The notes below the pieces were generated by a model. That model saw only the letters and a list, made by a program, of their open reading frames with translations. It did no database searches and was not told where the DNA came from. A program made the position numbers and the translations under genes. A stretch of DNA of 63,998 nucleotides, the filler included, from Dirinaria sp. TL-2023a (taxonomy: Eukaryota): NCBI GenBank assembly GCA_051941275.1. It is 17 parts of 17 records of this genome, joined end to end, with 100 filler letters (N's around TTAATTAATTAA, not from the genome) between each part and the next. Parts side by side here need not be neighbours in the genome. Positions count along the whole stretch, not along the records: positions 1 to 3,739 come from JAVEBF010001975.1; positions 3,840 to 7,578 come from JAVEBF010001976.1; positions 7,679 to 11,405 come from JAVEBF010001977.1; positions 11,506 to 15,231 come from JAVEBF010001978.1; 13 more parts are not named here. One strand, 5' to 3'. Shown in pieces: positions 1 through 12,144 of this stretch. Numbering within the stretch: position 1 is the stretch's first letter; each line of letters begins with the position of its first letter.

Positions 1-2565
1 GAATATTGGGATTGCATGGTTTTATCCGCTTGCTTGGAAGGAAGATGATGCATTAAGGGGATAGGAATAGGGGTGAATGTCGAGTTTCGGCCCGAGGCCC
101 GAATATTTGTGCGCCTACCATGAAGTACTTAATCAATACAATTTCCTTTGTTCCTCATTGTATAATCATCTCCTGTACTGATGCTGTCTTCCCGATTGTC
201 TCCATGCATCTGATCATCAATTCTGGGTCTTTTTCAGAGTGACGTTTGTCAAGATTCTTGACCGTGTCTGTTTGATACATTAAATTTGACCAAGGTCCGT
301 CTCAGTCGCTTGCACCAAAAGAGCAAAACCAAGTCTGCGACTTGAGTGCCTTTCATAATCTGATATAATCGATGATGTCGACGCGGAGACTCTACTTCTA
401 CGAATTTTAACATTTCTACCTCGACGTCTCTATTTTTCGCCTTTTTTTTTCACATCTATATCTGCCTTCACAATTGCCGCCATGTAAAGTTGTATACGTT
501 ACTCCGACATGTCAAAACTTGAAGAGGCCTCTCTTAGTGGATTTTACCTTTAGAATGCATGGTGGATGTTTTTGGGTGCGCTTGTGCGAAATAATCACCT
601 GCTCGAAATTCCATTCAGATCTTTTACAACTGCTCATCTGGAATCTACGCGGAGTCAACAATGGTACTCAACGACGGATGGCTAAGACACTTTCAGGACA
701 AAGCAATGATGAATCGAGATATAATGCAATTGCTGATGGTTAATAGCCAATTTTTCAACCTTGCAGATCCTGTCGGAAGTAAGCATTAGTTTGCCCTTTA
801 GTCACCTTCCTAGTATGACTCTCTTTCAAAAGTTCCTTTGTTTTCTTCCATCATGATTGCTAGTATGGCAAGCATGTAGGCAAACATCAGATACCTAGGC
901 ATACCTGGATTATGTCCACAAATACTTTTCCTTTCCTTAGGGGTCATATTATCAGTGGTTGCTCAATAGATGCCAAGCTGCGAATACTATATATGAAATG
1001 TTTCGATGGTTTTACTGGGTGTGGTCTTTGGTTGGTTTGTGTAGAGGTACTGTATACCGGTTTTGATGATGATATGTTAAGGCACCTTAGTGCTCTGTAA
1101 TCCAAATACTCGAATGTTCAAAAACAAAAAGAAAAGGCGCAGCATTTCTTCAATATAAGGCTTCTGCTACGCATATCGTTCATTAATTTTTTAAGTACCC
1201 GGAGAAGTCTTCGCAAATACCTTTCAACTTGAACAGTCAACATGGCAAGATAAAGTCGTTCCAAAGCGAGAGATATCATGACTAATTAAACCACAGGCCT
1301 CCCGTCACTCACCCTCGAGACCCTCTCAACAGTATTCCAAATAAATATCCTTAAATGGAAATCAGACTTTGAAACCCCAAGAGATATAGTCCGAGCATGG
1401 TCATCACTCCACAAAGTCTACACGATAGCTGGCGATGAGATCCGGACAGGGAAAACGTGGAACATCTTCAGAGCACGAGGTTGTCATTTGGACGTTCAAG
1501 TAGATCACCACATGGGGTCTCCGACGAGCTATGCACCAGACTCAAATTCCGGACCAAGGAAAGAAATGCTGTTCGCGTCAGTCCGCAACCATGTCAGGTG
1601 CTGCTCGCGGGGAAGCCTCTTCGGCTCAGCCAGCAGCAATGCCAGATGGTGCTTGTGATGCTCCAGGTAGATGTGGCTTGGTGCGATATGGACCTCATCG
1701 CTTCAGATCTGATTAGGCGGTGGTCAGATCCAGAAGAAAACCTCGTTGGAAATCTCGACGATCTACTCTCTCTGGCAGAGTGGGAAGTGGAGTGAAATGC
1801 TTCTAATCACTTGGACTACGTTACAAATAGACCTGACTAGCCCAGGATAGCAACGATAAGTCGATCAATCTCGATAAGGACAACACACATGAAGATAATG
1901 TCTACAAGAACAATGAAGAATTTGGAGGCTATAGATTAGCCTTGCACAAAGAGACTCGGTCTGTATGGTCGCGGGCTGCGTATTTTGCTATCCTTCAAAA
2001 CGCCGCAGCGACAGATCTGCCAATCCAGTCGCAGTAGAATACTACCTCTGTATGTCAAGTAAGTGAATAATTCCATACACAACTTGGCACAATTGTTATG
2101 GATCACATTTCCGCGGAACTTACCAAGTCCTCATAGAGTGATGCACAACATGACAACACTTTTCCTCCCTCAATACCCGCTCTATTACTCAGTAACACCC
2201 TTGTGCTTCGCATACGACGCCGTTTCGATGGTAAGTTGTATCCAGCATAAGTTGAGATCTTCTTGATATGCAATGCCTTGATGACTTCACTGAGTGTAAT
2301 CTTTCGTTAGTTTGTACAGAAGCATTGTATACCACTGTTGATGGTGATGTGCTATTTGACCTTTGTTTTTTGGAATCCTGACACATGAGTGTTTGAAGGC
2401 AAAGTGCAACAGTCCTTTCAGTACTCTTTAATATATTTATTGATAGGAGATAACGGTCTAGAAACATCTGAGAATTTACCTTGGGAACCGAAAGTTGATA
2501 TTATCAACATCACCTTCACAGTCAGCATCCAGAACGTGTTATTTCACAGCGACAAATCCGTCATC

Positions 2566-3155
2566 ATGGTAAGCTCCCTCCATCCCCAAATCGTTTCTTG
2601 GCCTAACTCTCACAGCCAATCTCAAATGGACCCACGCTGTCGAGCTTACCCGTGGAATTAAAGCTCTCCATCATTAAATTCCTTCCCAACACCACCGATC
2701 TCAAAGCACTAATCCATGCATCATCAGCATATCATCAATCATACCTGCTGGCCCGCGAAGAAATCTTCACGCTACTTACATTCCGCACGCTTCGAGAACG
2801 AGGAATCGATATCCTAGGACCTGCGTGCGGCTTGGGGGTTACTTTTCGTGACGGTATCGAGTCACCAGTAGAAGACTTCAAGCATACCATAAATCCCTTG
2901 TGGAAAAAGATGAAGTGCGGAGGCGTGCAGCGGGTTAGGCTTAGCATTGAAGGCTGCAAATTATTGCTGCAAATCGACAAATGTGTTCGATTTTACCGAG
3001 AGTTGGGAGAGCGTTCGAAAATCCCGGTGATTAAATCCACACGACCGTGCAACGAGGTTTGGGATCCTTGGCAAAAACGTTTCCTTGCCATCAACATTGA
3101 CTCAGACGAGTCGGAGTACAGGGATTTAATCGATTACATTCGCAGTATCTCGTGA
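2566..3155 (+). CDS. Small hypothetical protein with F-box-like N-terminus (ATG-only first exon)
   Basis: ATG 2566-2568, intron 2569-2615 (GTAAGC..CTAAC..CAG), then in-frame MPISNGPTLSSLPVELKLSIIKFLP; LPxEL is F-box-like; stop at 3155. Confidence 0.55.
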
Positions 3156-3739
3156 AGAATCCGCTTGGGAGGTTCTGAGAAGGTTGGCCAGCAGTTGCTG
3201 CAATTTTCGGGACCGACTACTCAGCTACTGACGATAATAATCATGAGCGAAATTGATTTTGGTATAGCAGTCCTCTATGGCAGCCCCTGGGACCGTAAAT
3301 TAATTATTGCTGCGGCTCATACTATACAGTTTAATATTAACAAAACTCGCAGCGAGCAGCCAATGCCCCATAAATCGCCATCGGCTCGTAGTATCCATAA
3401 TATCTCACCTTTGACAACAGAGACAGAACGCATTCAGCACGAAGCAGCAGCACTAGATCCAGAACCCCCAGCAAAATTTCAAATCACGCGCAAATCGGAA
3501 TCTCTTATTCGCATTGCATAGATACTGTCCCAGACCCAAGACGAGTGTAGACAGAGAAAAGATACGATTTCTCATTATACCATAATTTGTTTAAACAGTT
3601 CGTAGTTAAAAATTCGAACGAAAATTTTTTTTTTCCTTGTTTAGGAAAGAAGTAAATGGTAGCTCTCTAGTCTATCTTTTTCTATAATCTCCGTTACTCC
3701 TTTTTTCTTTTTTATGATTACACCTGCGTGGCTCTCTCT

Positions 3740-3839
3740 NNNNNNNNNNNNNNNNNNNNNNNNNNNNNNNNNNNNNNNNNNNNTTAATTAATTAANNNNN
3801 NNNNNNNNNNNNNNNNNNNNNNNNNNNNNNNNNNNNNNN
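3740..3839. other. Artificial contig linker (first of 16)
   Basis: N-run + TTAATTAATTAA (stops in all six frames) + N-run. Repeats at about 7579, 11406, 15232, 19056, 22878, 26698, 30513, 34320, 38124, 41928, 45729, 49527, 53325, 57109 and 60892; contig lengths decrease steadily. Confidence 0.98.
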
Positions 3840-4893
3840 CTCTCTCTCTGTCTCTGTGTCTCTCAGCACAGACGAAAAGGCCCTACCCTGACTCCCGCCC
3901 TCCACGCTCGCCCCTTATACTCGTATTGGCATCGGCGATCTTGCTGTGTGACGATGTCAGAGGCGTTCCTTTGCCCAGACTCATCGGTGTTCTAGGCCTT
4001 TGGCGAGATGCACGGGGTTTGATTGGGCGGGCAGTCGCGATTTGCAATTCCGTGCAATCATGATGGAGCATCGCCCTTCGTCTGTCGGCACTTGGATTTC
4101 GTAATCACCATCCAAACCATTCCTATTTCTCCCACAACTCAGACCGCATCTCGGCCCAAAACAGACGAGGAGGCAGATGGATGAAGTACGGTATGCTGTT
4201 TTGGAGCAAACCGCCAAACCCATCTAGGCTGCATCAAGCGCACGTTGCGGTTGCTGGTTGTTTAATTCACTCCCGGCCGCCCTCCGGCCGCCAAAAGCCA
4301 ATTGCCGGCATGACGAGGTTGACGCTTGACGCAATGAGCAGAGGCCCGAAGAAAATCAACGGACGCTATCGCGATGCTTCCTCAATCCATGATCTGCAAC
4401 CCAACCTCTGGAAAGATCTCGGGATTGGATTTGGGGCCCTGGGGGATAAGGTAAGGTAGGGGAATTAAGGCGCCGGCGCCAGGAATGGACAGTTGTCTTT
4501 CCAGTAGACGCCCCATTCGCAGATGCTATTGGCGGTGCAGCTTAGGTTCAAATTTGACAGCCGAGGTATCTTGGAAAAGGCATCATTCCCAATGTACGCG
4601 GTCCGACCATCTGATTATTATTCGCTTTCTCAACCGAGCCTCAACGCTTTTGCGCTCCAGCTGGCACCGGCACTGGCTCTGGCTCTGGCACTGTGAAGCT
4701 GCTCTCTGCATCCTCTATCTCCTTTTCTGTCTCACATTCGGCGGTCAATATGCCATGTACAAGAAAAGTAGCCAATCCGGGGCCACTTTCCGGGTGTTGT
4801 GTAGGCCGACGCTCCTTCTATGAGCTGCTATTCCTACGTCTCCTATAAGTCATCTAGCATCCTCTATATGCTTTAACCAGACCCTACTACACT

Positions 4894-6285
4894 ATGTCAT
4901 CTCAGCTTTTACCCCCGGCTCAGCCCGCCTTCGTCTTGCGAGGTCATTCTGCCCCTATTCATGCCTTGCATTTTACCACAAGGAACTCCCGCCTACTGAC
5001 TGGAGACGCTGATGGGTGGGTTGTCTCGTGGAATCTAGCTTTCAAGCGGCCAGCAGCCTCTTGGAAAGCTCATGAGAGTACAATTTTAGGCTTGGGATCA
5101 TGGGGCATCGACCGAGTGATTACGTTTGTGGGCCTTGAAATTTCGTCACCGAGAACGTGCTGACACAGTTGCATCTTATCAGACATGGAAGAGACAACAG
5201 ACTTAATGTTTGGCACCTCGGCCCCGCCGAAGAGGACGAGCTCGACAAAACTTTGCCCATCGATGCTCGAACATTGCCCAAATCACCATGGATGCTACAT
5301 TCACTCACTGTCAATACCCTGAATTTTTGTTCATTCGCCATGTGTGTCGACGGTATGGTTCAGTCTTATCATTCTCATTCGGCCGTCCAGTGCAGCAAAG
5401 GTCCCGAACCTGTACTTATTGCCGTACCGAATACCGTCGACTCTAATGGGGTACGCTTCTTGTGATAAGGCAGGTTCACAGGAACTAATCTTCGTTCAGA
5501 TTGACATCTTCCAGCTGCCATCCGAGACACGGGCTGCTGTGATCTTGGCAGATCGAAACCTTACTACAGGTACGAATTTGGCACCCTTCATCGCCCTCTT
5601 GTTGCGTACAATATCTCTGGCATGGTTGTTGACCTTTTCAGGCATGGTGATGGCTCTAGGCATCCTGGCCGAGACCTCCCTGATCCAGGTTGCGGCTGGC
5701 TACGAAAGCGGACACACCATGGTTTACGCTCAGAATGACCCGGGTGCTGCCTTTCAAAGACTCTATTGCTCGCACCCCCATTCTCAGCCAGTTCTCTCGC
5801 TATCGATCAGTCCATCTCACGATCATTATTTCACCTCTTCTGCTGACGCCATTCTTGCCAAACATCCGCTTCCTGCTGGGAAGAGCATATGGAAGACGGA
5901 TCTCAAGCCCTTCAAGATCTCTCAAACCAAGCATTCGGGCCAGCAGGGGTGCCAAGTACGCTCTGATAGTCGAGTCTTCGCCACTGCAGGCTGGGACTCA
6001 AGGGTCAGAGTCTACTCTGCGAAGACCATGAAGGAGCTGGCGGTGCTGAAGTGGCATAAAGGTGGCTGTTATGCAACTGCCTTCGCGGCCATCTTGGATG
6101 ATACAGCCGACCTAGACGGCGAATCCGTATCGGAAGGCTCAGATTCATCGACCAACCTCGCTGTTGCTCGCCAAAGCTCGGCGGTCAGCACAGTCCAGCA
6201 GCAACGGGATGAGAAAGCCCGCTCAACCCACTGGCTCGCGGCCGGCTCGAAAGACGGCAAAGTCTCGCTTTGGGATATTTACTAA
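4894..6285 (+). CDS. ASA1: ASTRA-associated WD40 protein Asa1 (4 exons)
   Basis: PAFVLRGH..LLTGDADGWVVSW, HGRDN, VNTLNFCSF, TKHSGQQG, FATAGWD, LAVLKWH, WLAAGSKDGKVSLWDIY; introns at about 5124-5181, 5451-5499 and 5570-5641. Confidence 0.9.
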
Positions 6286-6743
6286 GTACGCTTCGGTTGT
6301 GGTAGACGATTTACATTCATGCCGACATGGTTCATTATTATCATCTGGGAAGATCGTTTTTTTTTTTATAATTCTTGTCGGCTCGGCTTGCTTTCATGGC
6401 AGTAATACCACCCCAGTTCGAGAACCCTCGGTTTGAGGATTCCGTGATTTTTTTTTTAAAAGAGTGGTTGGGATCCACAACTAATTCTTCTTACCTTGGC
6501 GAGTATTCATATGGCGCCTGAGCCATCTTTACTCCACCGACATACCTTTCGAATGCTTTTTCGAGCCTGCTAACCCTATACCCTTTTAAATTCAAAGTCT
6601 CATTCCCACCTGCTTCTATCTATACATGGATGGCATCGAAGAACAGTCACAAAAGGCCAGGAAAGATAGGCGACTTGAATAGTGAACAGGCTGCAAATTG
6701 GTGGGGGGCGGGGGTATCTTATAAAACTCGAGCGAGAAAGCAA

Positions 6744-7578
6744 TCAGCCGATATTGAACTCGCTCGCAACAGCCATATGCTCCTTCATCTTGGCCCTCAT
6801 TCTCCTCGCCGCGTCCTTCCCATCAACCTGCTCAGCATCCACCTCCTTCTTGCCTGCTGCCGAACTATTTCCCGCTTCCCTCCTCCCACCCTTCTTCCTC
6901 TTCACTCCTCCTCCTGTCTGCTCCGTTCTATACTCTTTCTTCCTACCCGCACTACTGGTACTCGTACCGGCCCCACCACCACTCCTGCCCAACCCCGCCG
7001 GCCGCTCCCGCAACGCAAACGCCTTACACAGATGTCCCAAATGCAAGCCCTTGACATCAAACATCCCCCGCTCCTTACTCACGTGCGTCGCATACGCACG
7101 CACATGGCTCGTGAACGCCCGTCTCGCCATCTCCGCCGCTCTCGCATCGCCCAGCACCCACCGCTCCACTTCGAGCTGCCACTCCGTCGCTGCCTCCTCC
7201 CACGCTGCCCCACTCCCAGTCCCACTCTCACTAAACCCCTTGCGCAAAACCTCCCCGGCATCACGTCGGGCCAGTCGTCCTCCGCCTGCGGCGATCCCTT
7301 CCTGCAAGACAGATACGTAGCCCTCTTCCCCTCCCGGCAGCAGGAAACAGGCCGCGCGCCCGGCCTTGCCCGCGCGCGCCGTGCGCCCGATGCGGTGCAG
7401 GTGGTCGTCCGAGCTGAAGGCCGGGTCGTACTCGATCACGAGGTCGATGTTGGGCAGGTCGAGACCGCGCGCGGCGACGTCTGTGCACAGCAGGATTGCG
7501 GGGTCGGTGGACTGTGCGAAGGCGCGCAGGGTCGCGGTGCGCGTGGGTTGCGGGAGGGAACCGTGCAGGCGGGAGATG
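6744..7578 (-). CDS. DBP7: DEAD-box RNA helicase Dbp7, C-terminal part (5' end cut by contig edge)
   Basis: LHGSL..TDVAARGLDLP, HLHRIGRTARAG (motif VI), AFTSHVRAYATH..LHLGHLCKAFALRERP, C-terminal ASEFNIG. Confidence 0.9.
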
Positions 7579-7868
7579 NNNNNNNNNNNNNNNNNNNNNN
7601 NNNNNNNNNNNNNNNNNNNNNNTTAATTAATTAANNNNNNNNNNNNNNNNNNNNNNNNNNNNNNNNNNNNNNNNNNNNGGGAAGGCAGGGGAGGGGAATG
7701 CAGGTCCCCATCTCATCCTTTGCTTAGTCTAAAAGGTACTTTAGATCTTTATATCTTTGAAGACCTGGGTTAGGTAATTAATGTAGGTAGGTATACAGAC
7801 GCGATTTCTTTGCCAAAGACACCGAAAAAAAACAAACTCTTACAGTACAGCCTAAGAATTTTATGTTT

Positions 7869-7900
7869 CCTTCTTTCTTTCTTTCTTTCTTTCTTTCTTC
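7869..7900. repeat. (TTTC)n microsatellite
   Basis: Directly visible tandem TTTC run. Confidence 0.85.
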
Positions 7901-8026
7901 ATGATTTAATTTGATTAAGCGTGCTTAGAGAGTACCGAGTAAGGGTAGGTAGGTATATACATGTAAGTGAGCCGGGCAAGGATTGCATTTCTTTGCTTGC
8001 CTTGGAGGAGGATTGGAGGCTTGGAG

Positions 8027-8710
8027 TGTTAGGGACTAACAATGATGGGGCCAATAATGCCTAATAATATGGGCAAATTGTATGGATAATGATGATGCTG
8101 GCGCACATGCTCATGAAGCTTTGTGTTGCTAGGAAACTTGGCAGCGCAACGTCTGCAAGCATGCTTCCTTGCTGCCATGAGTTCATCATGATGCTCTTTT
8201 AGCCATAGGCAGTCAGGTGAGTACTTCTTATGCCCCTCATAAGGACCATCGCTCTTGATCCAACCATCAAGAGAAATTCTGCAGGTGTAACACTCAACAC
8301 AGTCATTGCCGTTCTCTGGGGTGTAATGAAATCCCGCATCTATTGTCTGTTGCTTTGAAGGGTACTGATGCGGCCATGTGTGCATACAGAATTTGAAGGA
8401 GAGTTCGCGATATTCTTGAGTATTGTTTGTGACTTTGAGTGAGGTAGTCATGGTGCTACGCGGTAGCTAGATAATGTCCGTGGTTTTTATGCTGACGGGC
8501 TAGGTGCTTTTGAAGCTGTATGCCTTTATCGCTGGCAAAGAAGCTGAGTATTCCAGAGGAACTGTTTGTCAACAAGGTGACTGTACACTGCGATGCAGTT
8601 AGATGCTACAAGCAAGCATCGAAATCCTGCCGATAGAGGCAGGCATCGTCACTTGGTTGATGCTACTATTTGTTAGGGACTAACAATGATGGGGCCAATA
8701 ATGCCTAATA
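8027..8710 (-). mobile_element. Miniature direct-repeat-bounded (TRIM/LTR-like) element carrying a BIR-C2H2 ORF
   Basis: Identical 40-bp repeats TGTTAGGGACTAACAATGATGGGGCCAATAATGCCTAATA at 8027-8066 and 8671-8710; TGGAG flanks both ends (8022-8026, 8711-8715); each repeat has near-inverted ends TGTTAGG..CCTAATA. Confidence 0.75.
8029..8451 (-). CDS. BIR (baculovirus IAP repeat) domain + C2H2 zinc-finger protein, 140 aa
   Basis: TWP..AGFHY..D.VECYTC-x16-H-x6-C matches the BIR zinc-ligand spacing; followed by CRRC..FPSNTKLHEHVRQHH (C2H2). No introns; the stop lies inside the terminal repeat. Confidence 0.8.
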   Translation of the reverse strand: MTTSLKVTNNTQEYRELSFKFCMHTWPHQYPSKQQTIDAGFHYTPENGNDCVECYTCRISLDGWIKSDGPYEGHKKYSPDCLWLKEHHDELMAARKHACRRCAAKFPSNTKLHEHVRQHHHYPYNLPILLGIIGPIIVSP

Positions 8711-10734
8711 TGGAGGCTTAGAGGATTTTGTAGATAGGAGGGAGAGTTAGAGATTTAGAGAAAGAGCAAAGCTCCAACGGAATTCGGGGGATACACATAG
8801 TAAATGTTCTTGCAACAGAAGTAAAAAGGTAAGAAGGAAAAAGTCCAAACCCCCCGCCCGTTGTGGGGAAATGAATTCGGTTTGTTTAAAGCAAGTGTGC
8901 TCTCTACTTTACCTCTATATCTCAATTTTAATTTAATCCTTGCCTACATCCTTGCCTAACCTTTCCCCTCGCTCTTTTTTGAACAAAATCAATCATTCCC
9001 AATTTCCCCCCCTCCTTTTCAAGATTTAATCCCGAGATCCTCGCTCAGGTTCTAAGCAGATCCGTTCCCAAAATTTTCATTTTTGGAATTCAAAACTTAA
9101 AGGCATTTTTATCCTCTTTTTTGTGGGAGAAGAAGAAATAACAGACAGACGCTTAGAGAAAAACAGAAAAATCGGGGGGATGGCTGGCTTGGCTGGCTCT
9201 CTGCTCGATATCGTACGAGTATGAGTGGAGTAAAGTAAAGTACAGCCCAGGAAGGAAGGAAGACAAAAGATTTTCCCCCTACTACCATTGAGTGATAATA
9301 GTGCTGGAACTATTAAGGTATGATAACGATCAGGACATATATTATTATTTGACTGGATCGATCCTAAGGTACGAGTACCTTCCTCGTTATCGCCCACGCA
9401 CGCAGAGCAGAGCAATAATAGGAGCAGATAGCGAGCGCCCCTTAATAGGCCTAGCCTGAAGTGCCGCAATCTTTAATATATCCACACCACTCCGACATAC
9501 CTAAGGTTCATACATACATGGTGTCGTATTTAGGTACTTTAGGTACAGTCTCGTACGATACGATAGATAGATTAAAGGGGGAGATAGATATATATTAAAT
9601 GATCGGCGCCGGCTCAGGCTGGCGCTGGCCCAGCAAGCCTCATGCAATGCAGCTGCAACGCTCGCATCACACCCACCCACCCTTTCTCCCACTCTTACTT
9701 ACCGCTTTAGCTTAGCTAGGAAGCATGTAGATCCAGCCCACACACATCACACATCCCAGATGCAAGCAAAGCCCGTCATGCCAACACCATCATCGTAGAT
9801 TGCTCCGGCATGTACTGTACTGTACTGTACATTACATATGGACATGACACGCTGCATTATCATGGATCTTCTTACCTTACCGACCCTCCCTCCTCACGTT
9901 TGTTTGTGTTTGTCAGCACATCGCATTTCGCATCTGGCATACATATTATTGCGCGATCTGGCCTCGTATTCGGGCTTCCCCTCTCTCTCCCATGTTGAAG
10001 CAACTGTAGGGATCGGATTCGCATTCAGATTTGGGCATGGGCAATCGTAATGCAGAGGTGGAGAAAATTGAAGGTGGCTGGCTGGCTGGCTGATCTCTTG
10101 TAAAAGCAAAAGAGAGGATTGTACTGGGGTTGGGGCAGAAGGTGGTGGCGTTTGAGAAATCAAATGCTGCAAATGCATTGGACGATTATCAGGTATGATG
10201 AACCGGATCCTCGAAACGGTGATGGACGGGTTCATCAGTGAAGGGCCATTTTCAGAGAGGCAGATTTTGAAAGTTGTAGCAGTGTTGCACCTCATTCTTG
10301 CCAGACCATACGACGTCGTTGGCCAAAATGTACTGTAGGCTGCCTCGTTTTGTTGTAGGTCGAGGAGCAGACAGAACGATGTGCTTTAGCTTCTGCCTAG
10401 CCGCCGCTTGGGCTCACTAGGCTTAGACAGACAGCAGGAAAACGAGCTTGATAGATTTCACTCACCTCTACATGGATTCCGACGCTTGGTGAATCATGTA
10501 GAAGTCGTGTTGCGAACCCATTGCTCCAGGCACTATCTTAAGGAACGTAGTCAAGAGAATGTGAGAAGTCGGAACCTTGTCCGCGTGAAAACAATCCTTT
10601 CCCTCAGCGTCTGGACTTTCGTGATTAAATACTTGCTCGCTCATGGAAAATGCCATGGTACTCTCACGCAACTTCATGTCGATTTTGCTTCCCTGGAGGG
10701 CTGCGGCTCTCCTTTCCCCAGCCTTTCCGGCCAT

Positions 10735-11046
10735 TCAGCCCAATTTCGCATACGGCTTATACCCTCCATAGCCGTATACTTTCCCCGTCCACGTGGGTAT
10801 AGGTGCGGTCCCGGTGGCATAAGGTGCGGTTCCCCAGGGTGCCGTGGCAGTGCCAGTCCCCGTTCCCCAGAAAGTACCAGTGCCAGTGCCACAAGGCGCG
10901 GTTCCAGTCCCCGTCGGTCCAGGTGCGGTGGTGGAGTTGCTAAACGGGTAATATCCAAACGCTGGAGATGCCCCTGCCGGAAGGGGGACGGCGAGGAAGA
11001 GGATTGCTAGCGGAGCAGCAAGGAGTGCGGAAGGCGAATATTGCAT
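10735..11046 (-). CDS. Small secreted Thr/Gly/Pro-rich repeat protein
   Basis: Hydrophobic signal-peptide-like N-terminus, an NST sequon, repeated TGTGTAP/WGT units and a Tyr/Gly tail; ACC precedes the ATG. Confidence 0.6.
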   Translation of the reverse strand: MQYSPSALLAAPLAILFLAVPLPAGASPAFGYYPFSNSTTAPGPTGTGTAPCGTGTGTFWGTGTGTATAPWGTAPYATGTAPIPTWTGKVYGYGGYKPYAKLG

Positions 11047-11505
11047 GGTTACTTGCTGTTGCTGGTGAATGCCGACGAGGCGGACGTGTCTTTGGTAGCG
11101 GAAGTATTATGGTGTCGGTGTCAGAGACGTGATGTGTCTCTCCCTTGGTTGCCCAGAATTATAGGTAGGTATGGCAATGGCTAAACCAGAGGTGTGCTGG
11201 TTGTATGAACCTAGGATACAAGTAGACAGAGAGAGAATTGAGACACTTAACACCACGCAAGCGAGTGGAGAAGTTTGCAATGATGGGACCAATTAGCAGC
11301 AAGCGAGCCACAAAGCCGAGACGTGTGTACAAGAAATAAGAGAGAATGGTACCAAGATATACCATCCTCTCGCATGCTATCAAAAAAAAAAAGGTTGAGC
11401 TTGTGNNNNNNNNNNNNNNNNNNNNNNNNNNNNNNNNNNNNNNNNNNNNTTAATTAATTAANNNNNNNNNNNNNNNNNNNNNNNNNNNNNNNNNNNNNNN
11501 NNNNN

Positions 11506-11683
11506 GTCTTCGGCGGCTGCCTTTTTCTGGTTCTCCACCGCGGCCTTCTGCGCTGCTACTTCGGCTTTCTGCACAGGTGTTAGCAGTGACTGGCATCGTG
11601 ATGATATGAAGAGGTGGGGGGGCGCGAACTTTGGCGTTGCCGGCAGCTTTCTTGGTGTTCTCGCCTGCTTGCTTCTTTCCCAT
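11506..11683 (-). CDS. CCDC124/Lso2-like ribosome-associated coiled-coil protein, N-terminal part
   Basis: MGKKQAGENTKKAAGNAK, intron (~11569-11629, GTTCG..CTAAC..CAG), then KAEVAAQKAAVENQKK; cut by contig edge. Confidence 0.75.
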
Positions 11684-12144
11684 GTTTGAGACTGGAACAG
11701 GATCACGGTTATGTGTGGATGTGGCGTTCTCTGCCAGAGGTCCGCAAAGTCAGATCTGATTCAGTCCTCGTAGCAACTAGCTATATGTAAGGAATGAGTT
11801 GAGTAGACTGTAGCGTGGGGCGTAGTAGGTAACGTAATGTAGGGCTGAGACTGCCTCACATCAAGGTAGTGGTGGGATAACACCACCTGTAATCTGATAA
11901 TCGGGTGATCTCCGGTTAGCACTAGGCTCCGTCTTTAATCGAGTGCTAAGGTACTGTATTAAGGTATGGATGGGAGGATGGCTAGTGTAAGCGATTTAGT
12001 GATGTACAATGATCAATGCCTGAGGCGAAAATACTTCGTAAATAGCCAGGATCATTGACTTATATTGTCAGTTTGTGCTATACCACCATGTCCAAAAAGC
12101 AAGGTTCCTGTCAAAACTCCCACGCTGTTGCAATACCTAGATGT

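Noticed and set aside
1..2500. Short ORFs in the first contig, and antisense ORFs over DBP7, CDC45, the DDHD gene and the ZIP gene
   Set aside because: No recognisable motifs; shadow ORFs are expected opposite GC-rich coding sequence.
8452..8670. Ancestral N-terminal extension of the BIR ORF
   Set aside because: Four stops in 73 codons is about random expectation, and no motif is recognisable.
10735..11046. Dikaritin/KEP-type RiPP precursor
   Set aside because: No KR/RR Kex2 sites separate the repeats, and there is no DUF3328 gene on the contig.
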